64,000 nucleotides of DNA from an uncultured Candidatus Saccharibacteria bacterium (GCA_964628585.1 CAZVMH010000003.1:28470-92469); one strand, 5' to 3'. Shown: positions 49,181 to 58,443, counted from the first letter of the stretch. Notes: generated by a model not told the origin, from the letters alone. Numbers and translations: made by a program.

Positions 49181-49810
49181 CTACGAAAACTGTTCCTCCA
49201 ATGCGACTATGTGTCGTGCTTCGTAGCTGTCACTATAGTCGCGAGGCGGGTTCTCCCAAGCTGTTTTGAGCAGGTCTACCGCTCTTCTCGGCAAGGGAAA
49301 CAATGTCGAGATGTAGACCGTTCCTGGTGTAATCGGCCTGTCGCTCTCGAAATAGGGAGCGAACTTGATCCGCGTCGGCGGTTTGATGAGTGCCTTGTCA
49401 ATCTTTCGCAATGACTTGCTAAGATCACAGACATCATCATAGATGGAATCAATCAACGGATTGGCTATTCCGCCAGGATTGATCTTTGTAACCGCTTTGG
49501 AGCCCAGGAAAATACCGACTGCCTTCACCCCGCCATTGAGAATTGCCTGGACATAACTATTCGTTGAGCTATACGTCGCCACCTCAATCGGCTCAGTCGG
49601 ACACGGCGCATGGGCCGTCACTACTACCAGGTCATTCTCTCTCTGTCCTTCGATCATGTCAAGTCTGAATGGAATCTCGTCGTGGTGGCCCAGATTTCCT
49701 CCGGGCGTGGGTATCCAGATTGCCCCAGCAGGGAGAATATTCCTAATCTCCAGCTGGGGGCAAAAACAACCTGAGACAATCACCTTAGCCACCTTTTCCA
49801 CAGACGCCAA
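49181..49810 (-). CDS. Hypothetical protein, possibly with a beta-carbonic-anhydrase-like Zn site (start may be GTG 49801)
   Basis: AGGAGG RBS; VIVSGCFCPQ...PGG...VVVTAHAPC. Confidence 0.6.
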   Translation of the reverse strand: MASVEKVAKVIVSGCFCPQLEIRNILPAGAIWIPTPGGNLGHHDEIPFRLDMIEGQRENDLVVVTAHAPCPTEPIEVATYSSTNSYVQAILNGGVKAVGIFLGSKAVTKINPGGIANPLIDSIYDDVCDLSKSLRKIDKALIKPPTRIKFAPYFESDRPITPGTVYISTLFPLPRRAVDLLKTAWENPPRDYSDSYEARHIVALEEQFS

Positions 49811-49930
49811 CCTCCTGTTGTAAATCGGTAAGTACTATCGGCCGATTTACAAAAAACTGTACCACAAACAATACCATAGCTCAAGCTTTGACTCATTATT
49901 ACGAACCAAAGTTTGACCTGTGGGTTTAAT

Positions 49931-50887
49931 TTATTTCAAAAAATCTTTTACTATTTTGGAGATGTTACTATAATCATTTTCCCAAACAATCTCTGGAAAA
50001 CGCTTAAACCAGGTCATCTGACGTCTGGAGAACTGACGAATACGTAACTTAAGTTGATCTTTCATCTTGCCATACGAAATTTCTTGTTCAATATTTTTTA
50101 ATTCTAAATTGTCATTTTGAGGTTTGAATTTTGAGGTTTGAATTATGTAGTTCGTTATTTCTCGATATTCTAATCCCAATCCAATTAACCACTCTGAACA
50201 GACTCCTTCTTTTAACAACCCTTCAATTTCTTCCAGCATTCCTTGCTTAAACCTTTCCTCAACACGCATATCAATTCTTGAATATAGTTGTTCCCTTGGC
50301 CAGTTAATTCCGATTTGAAGTACCTCAAAATTTGGCTTTCTTTTTGTTGGGATATTGCCCTCTTGAGCCCGTTCGATTGCCCGGATCAACCGATGCGGAT
50401 TTTTAATGTCTATCTTTTCAAAAGATTCGGGATCAATCTTCTTCAAAATCTTCTGTAGCTCTTGTGCGGAAAGTTGTTCTAACATTTTTCTTTTTGAATT
50501 ATCATTTTGATTTTTGAGATTTGCATTTTGATTTAGCTTTAATTGAAAGCCTTCAGTAAGGGCTTGAACGTAAAGTCCTGTCCCCCCCACTATTATCGGC
50601 ACTTTTCCTCGAGAAAAAATGTCTTCGATCGCTTTTCGGGCAAGGGGCAAATAATCGAAAAGCGTAATACGGACTCCTGGCTCACATATGTCGATTAAGT
50701 GATATTTAGTGCCATTATATTCAGCTAAATCTTTTCCGGTACCTAAATCTAATCCACGATAAACCTGCCTAGAATCGGCAGAAATAATTTCTCCATTTAA
50801 TTCCTTAGCAAGTCTGACACCAATACCAGTTTTGCCTGATGCTGTTGGACCAACAATGACAATAATTTTTCGATTTATCTTTTTCAT
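49931..50887 (-). CDS. miaA: tRNA dimethylallyltransferase
   Basis: GPTASGKT, EIISADSRQVYRGLDLGTGK, VGGTGLY, RRQMTWF. Confidence 0.96.
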   Translation of the reverse strand: MKKINRKIIVIVGPTASGKTGIGVRLAKELNGEIISADSRQVYRGLDLGTGKDLAEYNGTKYHLIDICEPGVRITLFDYLPLARKAIEDIFSRGKVPIIVGGTGLYVQALTEGFQLKLNQNANLKNQNDNSKRKMLEQLSAQELQKILKKIDPESFEKIDIKNPHRLIRAIERAQEGNIPTKRKPNFEVLQIGINWPREQLYSRIDMRVEERFKQGMLEEIEGLLKEGVCSEWLIGLGLEYREITNYIIQTSKFKPQNDNLELKNIEQEISYGKMKDQLKLRIRQFSRRQMTWFKRFPEIVWENDYSNISKIVKDFLK

Positions 50888-50962
50888 TGATCAATATCCT
50901 ACCATTTTTAAGCGCATTCGACAATCTTGCAAACAAAATTTTATTTGTTTATGATAAAAACT

Positions 50963-51667
50963 ATGATTGAGATCAAAAAACTTTCCAAAAATTTCGGCGA
51001 TCAAAAAGTGGTCCATAATGTTAATTTAAGCCTTCCCAAAGGTAAGATTTTTGGTTTTCTTGGCCAGAACGGCGCCGGCAAAACTACTGTAATGAAAATG
51101 GTCGTCGGTGTCCTCAAGCCAGATAGCGGATCTATAGTTATCGATAAACAAAACATTAATAAAAAAGAAATTAAAGAAATTATTGGTTACATGCCTGAAG
51201 ATCCTTATTTTTACGATCATCTTTCAGCTCTTGAATTTATGAAGTTCGTTCAGGATCTATTCAAGCGCAAATCTCCTCTCAAAATTGAAACGATTTTGAG
51301 TCTGACTAGTTTGGGCACTACAGGCAAAAAAAGAATTGTTAATTTTTCCAAAGGAATGAAACAACGACTTGGTTTGGCTCAAGCCTTAGTCAATAATCCT
51401 GAATATCTCTTTCTTGATGAACCTCTAGATGGACTTGATCCAATTGGAAGAAAAGAGTTTAAAGAGATAATTCTAAATCTTAGGAAACAAGGTAAAACGA
51501 TTTTCTTCAATTCTCATATACTTTCTGACGTAGAGGAAATTTGCGACCAAATTGGCATAATTGACGAAGGAAAATTGATTTATTCGGGTACAGTCAATAA
51601 ATTTAGAGGCAAGAAAAGCTTAGAAAATGCTTTTGTTGAGATAATTGAGAAAGAAAATAGAAAATGA
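50963..51667 (+). CDS. ABC transporter ATPase (PilH/XapD-like)
   Basis: GQNGAGKTT, FSKGMKQR, LDEPLDGLDPIGR, NSHILSDVE. Confidence 0.92.
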   Translation: MIEIKKLSKNFGDQKVVHNVNLSLPKGKIFGFLGQNGAGKTTVMKMVVGVLKPDSGSIVIDKQNINKKEIKEIIGYMPEDPYFYDHLSALEFMKFVQDLFKRKSPLKIETILSLTSLGTTGKKRIVNFSKGMKQRLGLAQALVNNPEYLFLDEPLDGLDPIGRKEFKEIILNLRKQGKTIFFNSHILSDVEEICDQIGIIDEGKLIYSGTVNKFRGKKSLENAFVEIIEKENRK

Positions 51668-52425
51668 AGAATATATTAACAATTGCTCGTAACACCTTCA
51701 AGGAAGCTATTCGTGACCGTATTCTCTACGCAATTTTAGCTTTTGCTCTTCTTTTTCTGGTCTCAACTTTTTTTCTCGGCTCAATCTCTCTCGGCGAAGA
51801 TATTAAAGTCGTTAAAGACTTAGGACTTGCTGGCATCTATATTTTCAGTATCATTATTGCTGTGTTTCTCGGCACTTCACTAGTATATAAAGAATTAGAA
51901 AAAAAGACTCTCTATATTATTATCTCTAAACCAGTTAGCTTTATTGATTTTGCCATCGGTAAATTTTTAGGGCTGTGGGCTGGGCTCAGTCTTAATATTT
52001 TCTTAATGACAATTGCGTACTTGATTATTGTAAAAATTAAGGGTGGTGGAATTGATTATATCTCGCTATATTCGATATTATTACTTATTTTTGAAATAGC
52101 AATTTTTATAGCTTTAACTATACTTTTTTCTTCTTTTACTACTCCTCTTGCTGGCGCGATCTACTCCGTAATCTTTCTTTACATTGGGCACTCTCTCTCA
52201 CTCCTCAAGCAATCGGCAGAAAAATCGGAGGGTTTTTACAAATATTTCGCCGATGGTGCCTATTATATACTTCCAAATCTTGAAAAATTTAATCTAAGAA
52301 ATAGTGTTGTTTACGGTGTAATTCCAAATAGTGGTGAGATTGTTTACCCAATAATTTACTCCATAATTTACACTTCAATATTTATTTGGTTAGCTGTATT
52401 GGCACTAAAAAAACAAGAACTCTAA
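51664..52425 (+). CDS. ABC-2 type permease (PilI/XapB-like)
   Basis: IARNTFKEAIRDRILY, ELEKKTLYIIISKP, GKFLG, ILPNLEKFN. Confidence 0.88.
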   Translation: MKNILTIARNTFKEAIRDRILYAILAFALLFLVSTFFLGSISLGEDIKVVKDLGLAGIYIFSIIIAVFLGTSLVYKELEKKTLYIIISKPVSFIDFAIGKFLGLWAGLSLNIFLMTIAYLIIVKIKGGGIDYISLYSILLLIFEIAIFIALTILFSSFTTPLAGAIYSVIFLYIGHSLSLLKQSAEKSEGFYKYFADGAYYILPNLEKFNLRNSVVYGVIPNSGEIVYPIIYSIIYTSIFIWLAVLALKKQEL

Positions 52426-52426
52426 T

Positions 52427-53221
52427 ATGAAAAAAGCTTTTTTATTTGGCATTTTCATCTTAATGCTTTCAGCAATAGTTATTTTGCAAGTTTTCTCAGA
52501 CAGAGAAAAGGCTAGAGCAATTTACACCGAACCAATTGTTCTAAAATCAGAGACGATTCGCATTACCGATCTTGGGTTACATAACGCAGCAGCCGATCTT
52601 CTTTGGCTGGCCTCAATACAATATTTCGGTGGCGGAGAGAGCAGAACAATGTCAAAATTGTCAGAATATTTATTTACGGCTACTGAACTCGATTCACAAT
52701 TTTCTTACCCGTATGCCTTTGGTGTTCTAATATTGCCGAGTGTCGAGAAAATGGACGAGGCGCTTGTTCTTGGCCAAAAGGGCGTGGATTTGAAGCTTGC
52801 AGACTGGAGAATTCCATATTATATGGCAACAATATATTTTATTAATAAAGAAGATAATAAAGAGGCAGCCAAATACTTTGATATTGCTGCAAACACAAAA
52901 GATGCCCCGGATAACATTACTCAGATTGCGGCTCGATTCGGTGCAAACAGTAACAGACGATCTCAGACAATTCAAATATGGCAAGGTATTTACGAAAATT
53001 CAGATGATGAGGTAGTTAAAGAAAGAGCTAAGAAATATATAATACACTATTCAATTCTAGACGCACTTGATCAGGCAGTACAGATCTATAAAGATAAATA
53101 TAATAAATTACCAACAGACATCTCCGAATTGGTAAAAATAAAAGTTATTAATCAAGTCCCGATTGATCCGTTTGGCTTTGAATATATAATCAGAGAAGAC
53201 GGAAAAGTTAATTTTAAATAA
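52427..53221 (+). CDS. TPR-like membrane-anchored protein with a pseudopilin-like C-terminus (PilG/XapA-like)
   Basis: AADLLWLASIQYFG, ATELD..F..PY, WRIPY, LPTDISELV...VPIDPFG. Confidence 0.7.
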   Translation: MKKAFLFGIFILMLSAIVILQVFSDREKARAIYTEPIVLKSETIRITDLGLHNAAADLLWLASIQYFGGGESRTMSKLSEYLFTATELDSQFSYPYAFGVLILPSVEKMDEALVLGQKGVDLKLADWRIPYYMATIYFINKEDNKEAAKYFDIAANTKDAPDNITQIAARFGANSNRRSQTIQIWQGIYENSDDEVVKERAKKYIIHYSILDALDQAVQIYKDKYNKLPTDISELVKIKVINQVPIDPFGFEYIIREDGKVNFK

Positions 53222-53228
53222 TTAGTGA

Positions 53229-53261
53229 AAAGGGCGAGCCGATTTGATCGGCTCGCCCTTT
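53229..53261. terminator. Bidirectional terminator between convergent genes
   Basis: Perfect 15-bp inverted repeat AAAGGGCGAGCCGAT-TTG-ATCGGCTCGCCCTTT. Confidence 0.85.
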
Positions 53262-53268
53262 CGGTTGA

Positions 53269-53922
53269 CTATGCTCTATGCCGTTCAATCCTCAACCAGG
53301 TGTGATTGGTTCGCCCGCAGATGTCGCAAACACCTGCCTCGTAGATCAGAGCATCCTGATCAGCATCAACGGCTATTGGGTGCGTAGACCCGAAGCACCC
53401 TTCAACCGGACATCTGATCGAAACGACATAGTACAGTCCATTCATGCCTCTTGAAGAAAAGGCATTCTTCTCGTGCCATAGCCTGCTTGGCGGCACGAAG
53501 TTCTTCGCCCAAAACCAGTCCCACGCTCGCCGAAACAAGTTTCTTCTGTTCCAAACGTCGAGAGCCTTGTTGTAGGCATTCTCGTCTGATCGAACGATCT
53601 CTTCCTCCGCGTCGATGCTGACAACGGAAAGAATCTGATAGAACTGGACGATCGCCCAGAGATGAGCGCCGCACTCCTCACAGACTGCATGGATATCGAT
53701 GTGGCTCCCATAATTTGCAGTACATCCTTGCGGGCAGTCAACAATCTTCTCCGCACTCTGACCGCCGCACTTTCTGCCATCCTCGTTTCTGCCGTCACAC
53801 TCCAGACGAACAAAGATTTTTCGACCGTAGTATGCTCTGCCCTGTATCGGCCAAGTTTTTCCATGCGGGATAGTCAGATGCCTCAGTTCCTCGTTGCTCT
53901 CCCTAGTGATACCGTGTGTCAT
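53269..53922 (-). CDS. Cys-rich hypothetical protein (probable zinc ribbons)
   Basis: GGAG RBS; CPQGC, CEECG, CPVEGC, CDICG; two similar halves. Confidence 0.75.
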   Translation of the reverse strand: MTHGITRESNEELRHLTIPHGKTWPIQGRAYYGRKIFVRLECDGRNEDGRKCGGQSAEKIVDCPQGCTANYGSHIDIHAVCEECGAHLWAIVQFYQILSVVSIDAEEEIVRSDENAYNKALDVWNRRNLFRRAWDWFWAKNFVPPSRLWHEKNAFSSRGMNGLYYVVSIRCPVEGCFGSTHPIAVDADQDALIYEAGVCDICGRTNHTWLRIERHRA

Positions 53923-53945
53923 TGGAACTTCTCCGATTGTGTATT

Positions 53946-53986
53946 CAAAACCGAAAAATCTCGTGCCGAAGCCCGAGACTTTTTTA
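53946..53986 (-). terminator. Riboswitch expression platform: terminator and anti-aptamer strand
   Basis: Minus strand GTCTCGGGC-TTCG-GCACGAGAT then TTTTCGGTTTTG; TTTTTCGGTTTTG is complementary to the aptamer 5' CAAAACCGAAAAA. Confidence 0.7.
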
Positions 53987-53995
53987 TTAGTCCAT

Positions 53996-54095
53996 TTCTT
54001 CGGTAGCCTGGCTATCCTTCTTATCTATCTGACAAGGGTTGGATCCATGGCTTTGCGTCTCTCGGCTTTCGCCGGATTTGCCTTTTTCGGTTTTG
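53996..54095 (-). ncRNA. c-di-GMP-I (GEMM-I) riboswitch aptamer
   Basis: Minus strand AAGGCAAA-TCCGGC-GAAA-GCCGAGA-GACGCAAAGCCATGGATCCAA...GATAGCCAGGCTACCGA matches the GEMM-I hallmarks. Confidence 0.9.
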
Positions 54096-54102
54096 TAAGC
54101 AC

Positions 54103-54131
54103 ATATTATCACATAATATCAATTTTGTCAA
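54103..54131 (-). promoter_or_regulatory. Promoter upstream of the riboswitch
   Basis: Minus strand TTGACA-N17-TAATAT. Confidence 0.6.
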
Positions 54132-54163
54132 CCCCAGCTTATGGTTTAAGAAGACAAAAAAAA

Positions 54164-57100
54164 TTATTTGCGTCTTCGCTTAAGTAATATGAATCCTATC
54201 ACAAAAAATATCACTAATATGCCTATCAAAACATAGACGATCAGATTCGCGTTTTTATTTCGATTTTCGTCAGTTACAGGACTATTATTTGGTGTAGAAT
54301 AAATTTGCTCATCATCACTCGCAACAGCTCGAGGAACATCAATTATACCTGCAGTGCCATCATCTTCAGTTTCGGTTGAGTACGTGACAGGAATTGGTGT
54401 TGAAGTAGTAACCGGAGCTGTTATGTTGTCACTGCCAGGTTGTACAAGCGGAGTATAAATAACATTAAAGCTAAGATGAGGCAAAGATTCATTACCAGCT
54501 TCGTCAGTCACAACTATTTCAATGCTATTGGTCCCAATAGCCAGATTTAATAAGCGGTAGCTAAAGGCAGGGAGATTACTTAAGTTCACTGAGTTGCCGT
54601 TTATGGTGATACTTGCCACACCCGAACCTTCATCGCTAGCAGTCCCCGTGATATCAACGTAGCCACCGGTTCGGTTTATTGTTAGCCCCGTTACAGTAAC
54701 CACAGGGGCAGTAGTATCTTCCCTAATCTCGAAAGTTTTTTCCGAAAAACCACTGTCATAGTTAAAGGATAAATTACCAATTTCATCCGATGATATGTCC
54801 TTTTGCCAAACACCATTAATTTTTAGTGAATAGTTTGTGCTTGGTTTAAAACCGCTTATGTTATGTAAGACTGTTGTTCCGTGATCTTCACTATTTTCGG
54901 TCCACTTACGATAATAATCCCCACTCGATGTCCAGTCGGTTACATTTACATCAATAGCTCCCGCTGACGGGATTATGTTCATCCCTACCGTATTCACTGG
55001 CGTTTCTCCGGTAATACCCACTGCCTGTAGCACAGCGGTACTATTATCTTTATTAATTGTGGTGGTATAGCCCAGAAATGGTCTTTCTAAATCATCAATG
55101 GTGATGTTCGATGAGCCAATCCCGTCAAGCACTAAAGTCGCACTTTCCACGTCGCTTCCATCACCAGAATTTGTAGCCGAAATAATATTCACGTCGGGAT
55201 TTGAGATTGATTTTACAGCCGGGTTAACAGTTTTGTCAGAAACAAAATTTACAAAACTCGGACTTGCTTTTGTCGTCTTCCAGTACGGACCATGGCTTAA
55301 CACATCTTCTAGAGTAACTTCAGGGGATGAGCCAGTGTCGTATTTGATTGAGAGCATGTACCAATCAGAAGGGTTATCCATCGGATAGTTAAATGTCGGC
55401 GTTTCTCCCAAGAAATGAGAATATGTCCCAGTTTCAGCGCCAACTACAGCTGGCACATGAAAATGAGGCATTGTTGTGTCTACAAGATAATCATAAGTAT
55501 TGTATCTTTCGATTCCCATTACACCTGCGCGTGCTCCTTTGTAATTGCTATCGATAATAACTTTTTTTAAATTTGATAAAGGGTAATTTGGGATTTCATC
55601 AGGAGAGTTTTGTACCCAGCCACCACAATACCATACTTCTATAGCTTCATCTGAATCCGTCAATGTCCTAAGCAAAGCTCTTCCATCATGCTGACCCCAA
55701 GCCTGCACCTGGCCATGGGAGGGCAAAACATCACGAAGATACATCTTTGAAGTGTTTTCGATAGAATCAACATAGACATTGTACTTTCTTCTAGTTGTGT
55801 CCGTACCTTTTATTACTTCGACAATAAGCCCGTACAAACCTGGCTTTGAGGGAGAAAATGTTCCCCTAATGCGAGTACCAGAATTGTTAGCGGTGATAGT
55901 TTCTTCAGGGCTGGTTCGCGCGGTTGCTGTACAACTGGCACAGATTGTAAAATCGTAATTAACTTGCTCAGTCGTAGCGACCGTACGGTCAAAATCTGTC
56001 GAGGTAAACGCTAAATCGCGGTCATTGATATTGTTAAGATAAAGATTATTTGAATATGTATTGGCGCCATCATCGATAACTGCTTTAAAATTATTCATAA
56101 TTGTATTACCAGATATTGTTAAGCCCGAAGAGCTAGATAAATTTATTGCCGCACCATTTTCAACGGTTAATGCAACTCCCCTAACTCCTTTAAAAACATT
56201 ATTCGTGATAGACCCCGAAGTGGCACTATTGATTTTTACTCCACTGTTGAAATGATAACCGATCGAATTATTATAAATTGTCGTATTTTCAGAACCATTA
56301 ATTTCGATTCCTTGTCCGTAAGTATCTTCGATTGTGTTCTCTGATATTTCATTAGAATCCGAGTCAGTAAATAAAATGCCGTTTTGTCGATTATGAAGTA
56401 TTTCATTGTTTCTGATTATGTTTGACATTGAAGATTCTTGAAATGAGATAGAAGAATTGTTGTAACGCAGAATATTGTTTTCGATGATACTATTATCAGT
56501 ATTTAAAAACTTTATTCCGAACGATCCGCCCCCGCTTCTTAGTCCTTCGGCGGCCTCATGGTATGTTGAAATTGTTGAGTCTTTAATTGTAACATTACTC
56601 GAATTAGCTAAGACTATGGCTGATTTGTCCGCCGTTGATGAAGTGATCGTGAAGTCTCTGGCTTCAACATATTGGCAATTATTTAGCCATAAATATTTAT
56701 AATCTAGACCGGTTCCATCAAGGATTATCGGGTTATCGATCGTACCAATAAGGCTGGAATAGAAATGCATTACATTGCCATCGACAGAGTTTGATGTATC
56801 TATATCTTGATTATAGGAAGCGGCGTCATTAAAAAAACTAGGAATACCATTGATGTTTGCAAACCTGTTGTTTCTTAACTGATTATTTGCCGATGAAAGA
56901 ATGATTTTTGCATTATCAAAATCATTATTTATAAAAATATTTTCGCCACCTAAATAAGTAGTTAAATTCTCGTTAGTTATTGAACTATTTTGAAACGTGT
57001 TGTTGGTTGAAGATACTAAGTTGATACCATTAATAAACACTCCTCTATCGAATCGGATATTACTAGAGTCTAATAAAAAAACATCATCTTGATTATTGTT

Positions 57101-58033
57101 TGCCGAAGTAAGGTTGTTGACTTCCAAATAGGCGCAGGAAATACACCAGAACGCCCCAAGGTTTAGCAAAGCCGCATCATATATAATTCTGGTTTCTGCC
57201 GTGCCAACTATGTTATTTTTGTAGAATAAAACCTTTCCTTCAATTGTATTGCTGTCGTCTATGTCTTGGCTATAATAGGCATTATTTGGAGAACTTCCGG
57301 CAGGCTCATAAATATCTACCCGGATATTATTTAAATTATTTGCCATTTGATTATTTTGAACAACTGTGTTTGTTGATTGGCCCAAATAGATACCGGAATC
57401 AGTATTGTTATTAGTAATATTGTTGGTTATAGTATTGCCATTCGACTCTGGACCGTTTACTTCGTTCCAATCAAGATCATAAGTGGCATAGCGGTTGGTT
57501 TTAATACCAAATTGATTGCTGTTGGCGGTTACATTGTTTACAGTACTATTGCTTGTTCCTAGTAATTCAATTCCGGCATAAAAACCCGATATGGAAGCAA
57601 AGTTTCGAATGGTAATATTATTAAAAGGATCGGCGCTACTATCAACAACATATTCTATTCTGATGCCTGAGCCGGCTCCAGAACCGCTAATAGAGTGATT
57701 GCCTCCATCTATAATAATATTGCTTGCCGCAACAATTAATCCGTCTCCCGAGCAATCGGTAAGGTCGCCATCCAAGGTTAGACTACTTGTAATAGTATCG
57801 CCGCAGCTGGCGTTAGTCGCTTCTGCAGCTTTCGCCTTTTGGATCCTAGAATAATTCCAAATCAGAGAAAAAGAGCACAGCAAAGCAATACCCAAAAGCA
57901 AAATGGCAAATTTTCTCATTTCAATTGACCATCTGATTTTTTTGAAGAAAATTTTGTTGAACAAACACAAAAGGCTTCCAAAAATATGGACAACCACAAG
58001 ATAAATTAGAGCTTTCCCTCTCATTTTTTTCAT
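54164..58033 (-). CDS. Large surface protein with right-handed beta-helix (NosD/pectin-lyase-like) repeats, Ig-like domains and a C-terminal TM plus KRRRK
   Basis: Many NxIxxN..GI repeats; CGDTITSSLTLDGDLTDC; DTTAPVV...TDEAGN; start may be the later Met (MRKFAILL). Confidence 0.85.
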   Translation of the reverse strand: MKKMRGKALIYLVVVHIFGSLLCLFNKIFFKKIRWSIEMRKFAILLLGIALLCSFSLIWNYSRIQKAKAAEATNASCGDTITSSLTLDGDLTDCSGDGLIVAASNIIIDGGNHSISGSGAGSGIRIEYVVDSSADPFNNITIRNFASISGFYAGIELLGTSNSTVNNVTANSNQFGIKTNRYATYDLDWNEVNGPESNGNTITNNITNNNTDSGIYLGQSTNTVVQNNQMANNLNNIRVDIYEPAGSSPNNAYYSQDIDDSNTIEGKVLFYKNNIVGTAETRIIYDAALLNLGAFWCISCAYLEVNNLTSANNNQDDVFLLDSSNIRFDRGVFINGINLVSSTNNTFQNSSITNENLTTYLGGENIFINNDFDNAKIILSSANNQLRNNRFANINGIPSFFNDAASYNQDIDTSNSVDGNVMHFYSSLIGTIDNPIILDGTGLDYKYLWLNNCQYVEARDFTITSSTADKSAIVLANSSNVTIKDSTISTYHEAAEGLRSGGGSFGIKFLNTDNSIIENNILRYNNSSISFQESSMSNIIRNNEILHNRQNGILFTDSDSNEISENTIEDTYGQGIEINGSENTTIYNNSIGYHFNSGVKINSATSGSITNNVFKGVRGVALTVENGAAINLSSSSGLTISGNTIMNNFKAVIDDGANTYSNNLYLNNINDRDLAFTSTDFDRTVATTEQVNYDFTICASCTATARTSPEETITANNSGTRIRGTFSPSKPGLYGLIVEVIKGTDTTRRKYNVYVDSIENTSKMYLRDVLPSHGQVQAWGQHDGRALLRTLTDSDEAIEVWYCGGWVQNSPDEIPNYPLSNLKKVIIDSNYKGARAGVMGIERYNTYDYLVDTTMPHFHVPAVVGAETGTYSHFLGETPTFNYPMDNPSDWYMLSIKYDTGSSPEVTLEDVLSHGPYWKTTKASPSFVNFVSDKTVNPAVKSISNPDVNIISATNSGDGSDVESATLVLDGIGSSNITIDDLERPFLGYTTTINKDNSTAVLQAVGITGETPVNTVGMNIIPSAGAIDVNVTDWTSSGDYYRKWTENSEDHGTTVLHNISGFKPSTNYSLKINGVWQKDISSDEIGNLSFNYDSGFSEKTFEIREDTTAPVVTVTGLTINRTGGYVDITGTASDEGSGVASITINGNSVNLSNLPAFSYRLLNLAIGTNSIEIVVTDEAGNESLPHLSFNVIYTPLVQPGSDNITAPVTTSTPIPVTYSTETEDDGTAGIIDVPRAVASDDEQIYSTPNNSPVTDENRNKNANLIVYVLIGILVIFFVIGFILLKRRRK

Positions 58034-58128
58034 CTACCTTAGTATAATGGAATTACCTTTGAAACGTCAACCAATTCAAAACTGGGGCTTCCTGTTGTGC
58101 CAACGGCTTCCCAAGTATTTAGTTACAT

Positions 58129-58290
58129 TCAATATTCATTCCTTGCCATCTTGCTATCTTTCTTTATTCGCTGGATATCAAAAACGCTCTTTCCGGAGAC
58201 AGGCATTTTTGTTTTCTTCTTTTCAGATTCTTCAAGCTTGAATTTTTCTTCGATTTCTTCCAAATTTTTCTGATCGTTTTCTTTTGTCAT
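58129..58290 (-). CDS. Small charged protein, 53 aa (not in ORF track)
   Basis: MTKENDQKNLEEIEEKFKLEESEKKKTKMPVSGKSVFDIQRIKKDSKMARNEY*; TAAAAT 8 nt before the ATG; hairpin and T run at 58077-58116 downstream. Confidence 0.6.
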   Translation of the reverse strand: MTKENDQKNLEEIEEKFKLEESEKKKTKMPVSGKSVFDIQRIKKDSKMARNEY

Positions 58291-58325
58291 AATAAATTAT
58301 TTTACTAATATGTTATAATGGTTTG

Positions 58326-58443
58326 ACCAAGGTACTCGAGTGTCGGCGCCTTGGCGAGTAGCACGCCGTGGGGCATTAGCGAAGCGTGTCTGATTCTGTT
58401 AGCGGCGAATCAGACACATTTTCCAGCCCCACGGCCCCTTTTA
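58326..58443 (+). ncRNA. Candidate structured RNA or REP-derived element
   Basis: TGTTATAAT upstream; stems GCCGTGGGGC/GCCCCACGGC and GTGTCTGATTC/GAATCAGACAC around a bubble; ends CCCTTTT. Confidence 0.45.

Noticed and set aside
54017-54103. Short minus-strand ORF MCLQNRKR...
   Set aside because: It coincides with the c-di-GMP-I aptamer, which explains the sequence better.
58326-58443. SRP RNA, tmRNA or fluoride riboswitch
   Set aside because: It lacks the SRP helix-8 CAGG..GGAA..AGCAG motif, tRNA-like ends and the fluoride GGYGAUG..UUCRCC core.
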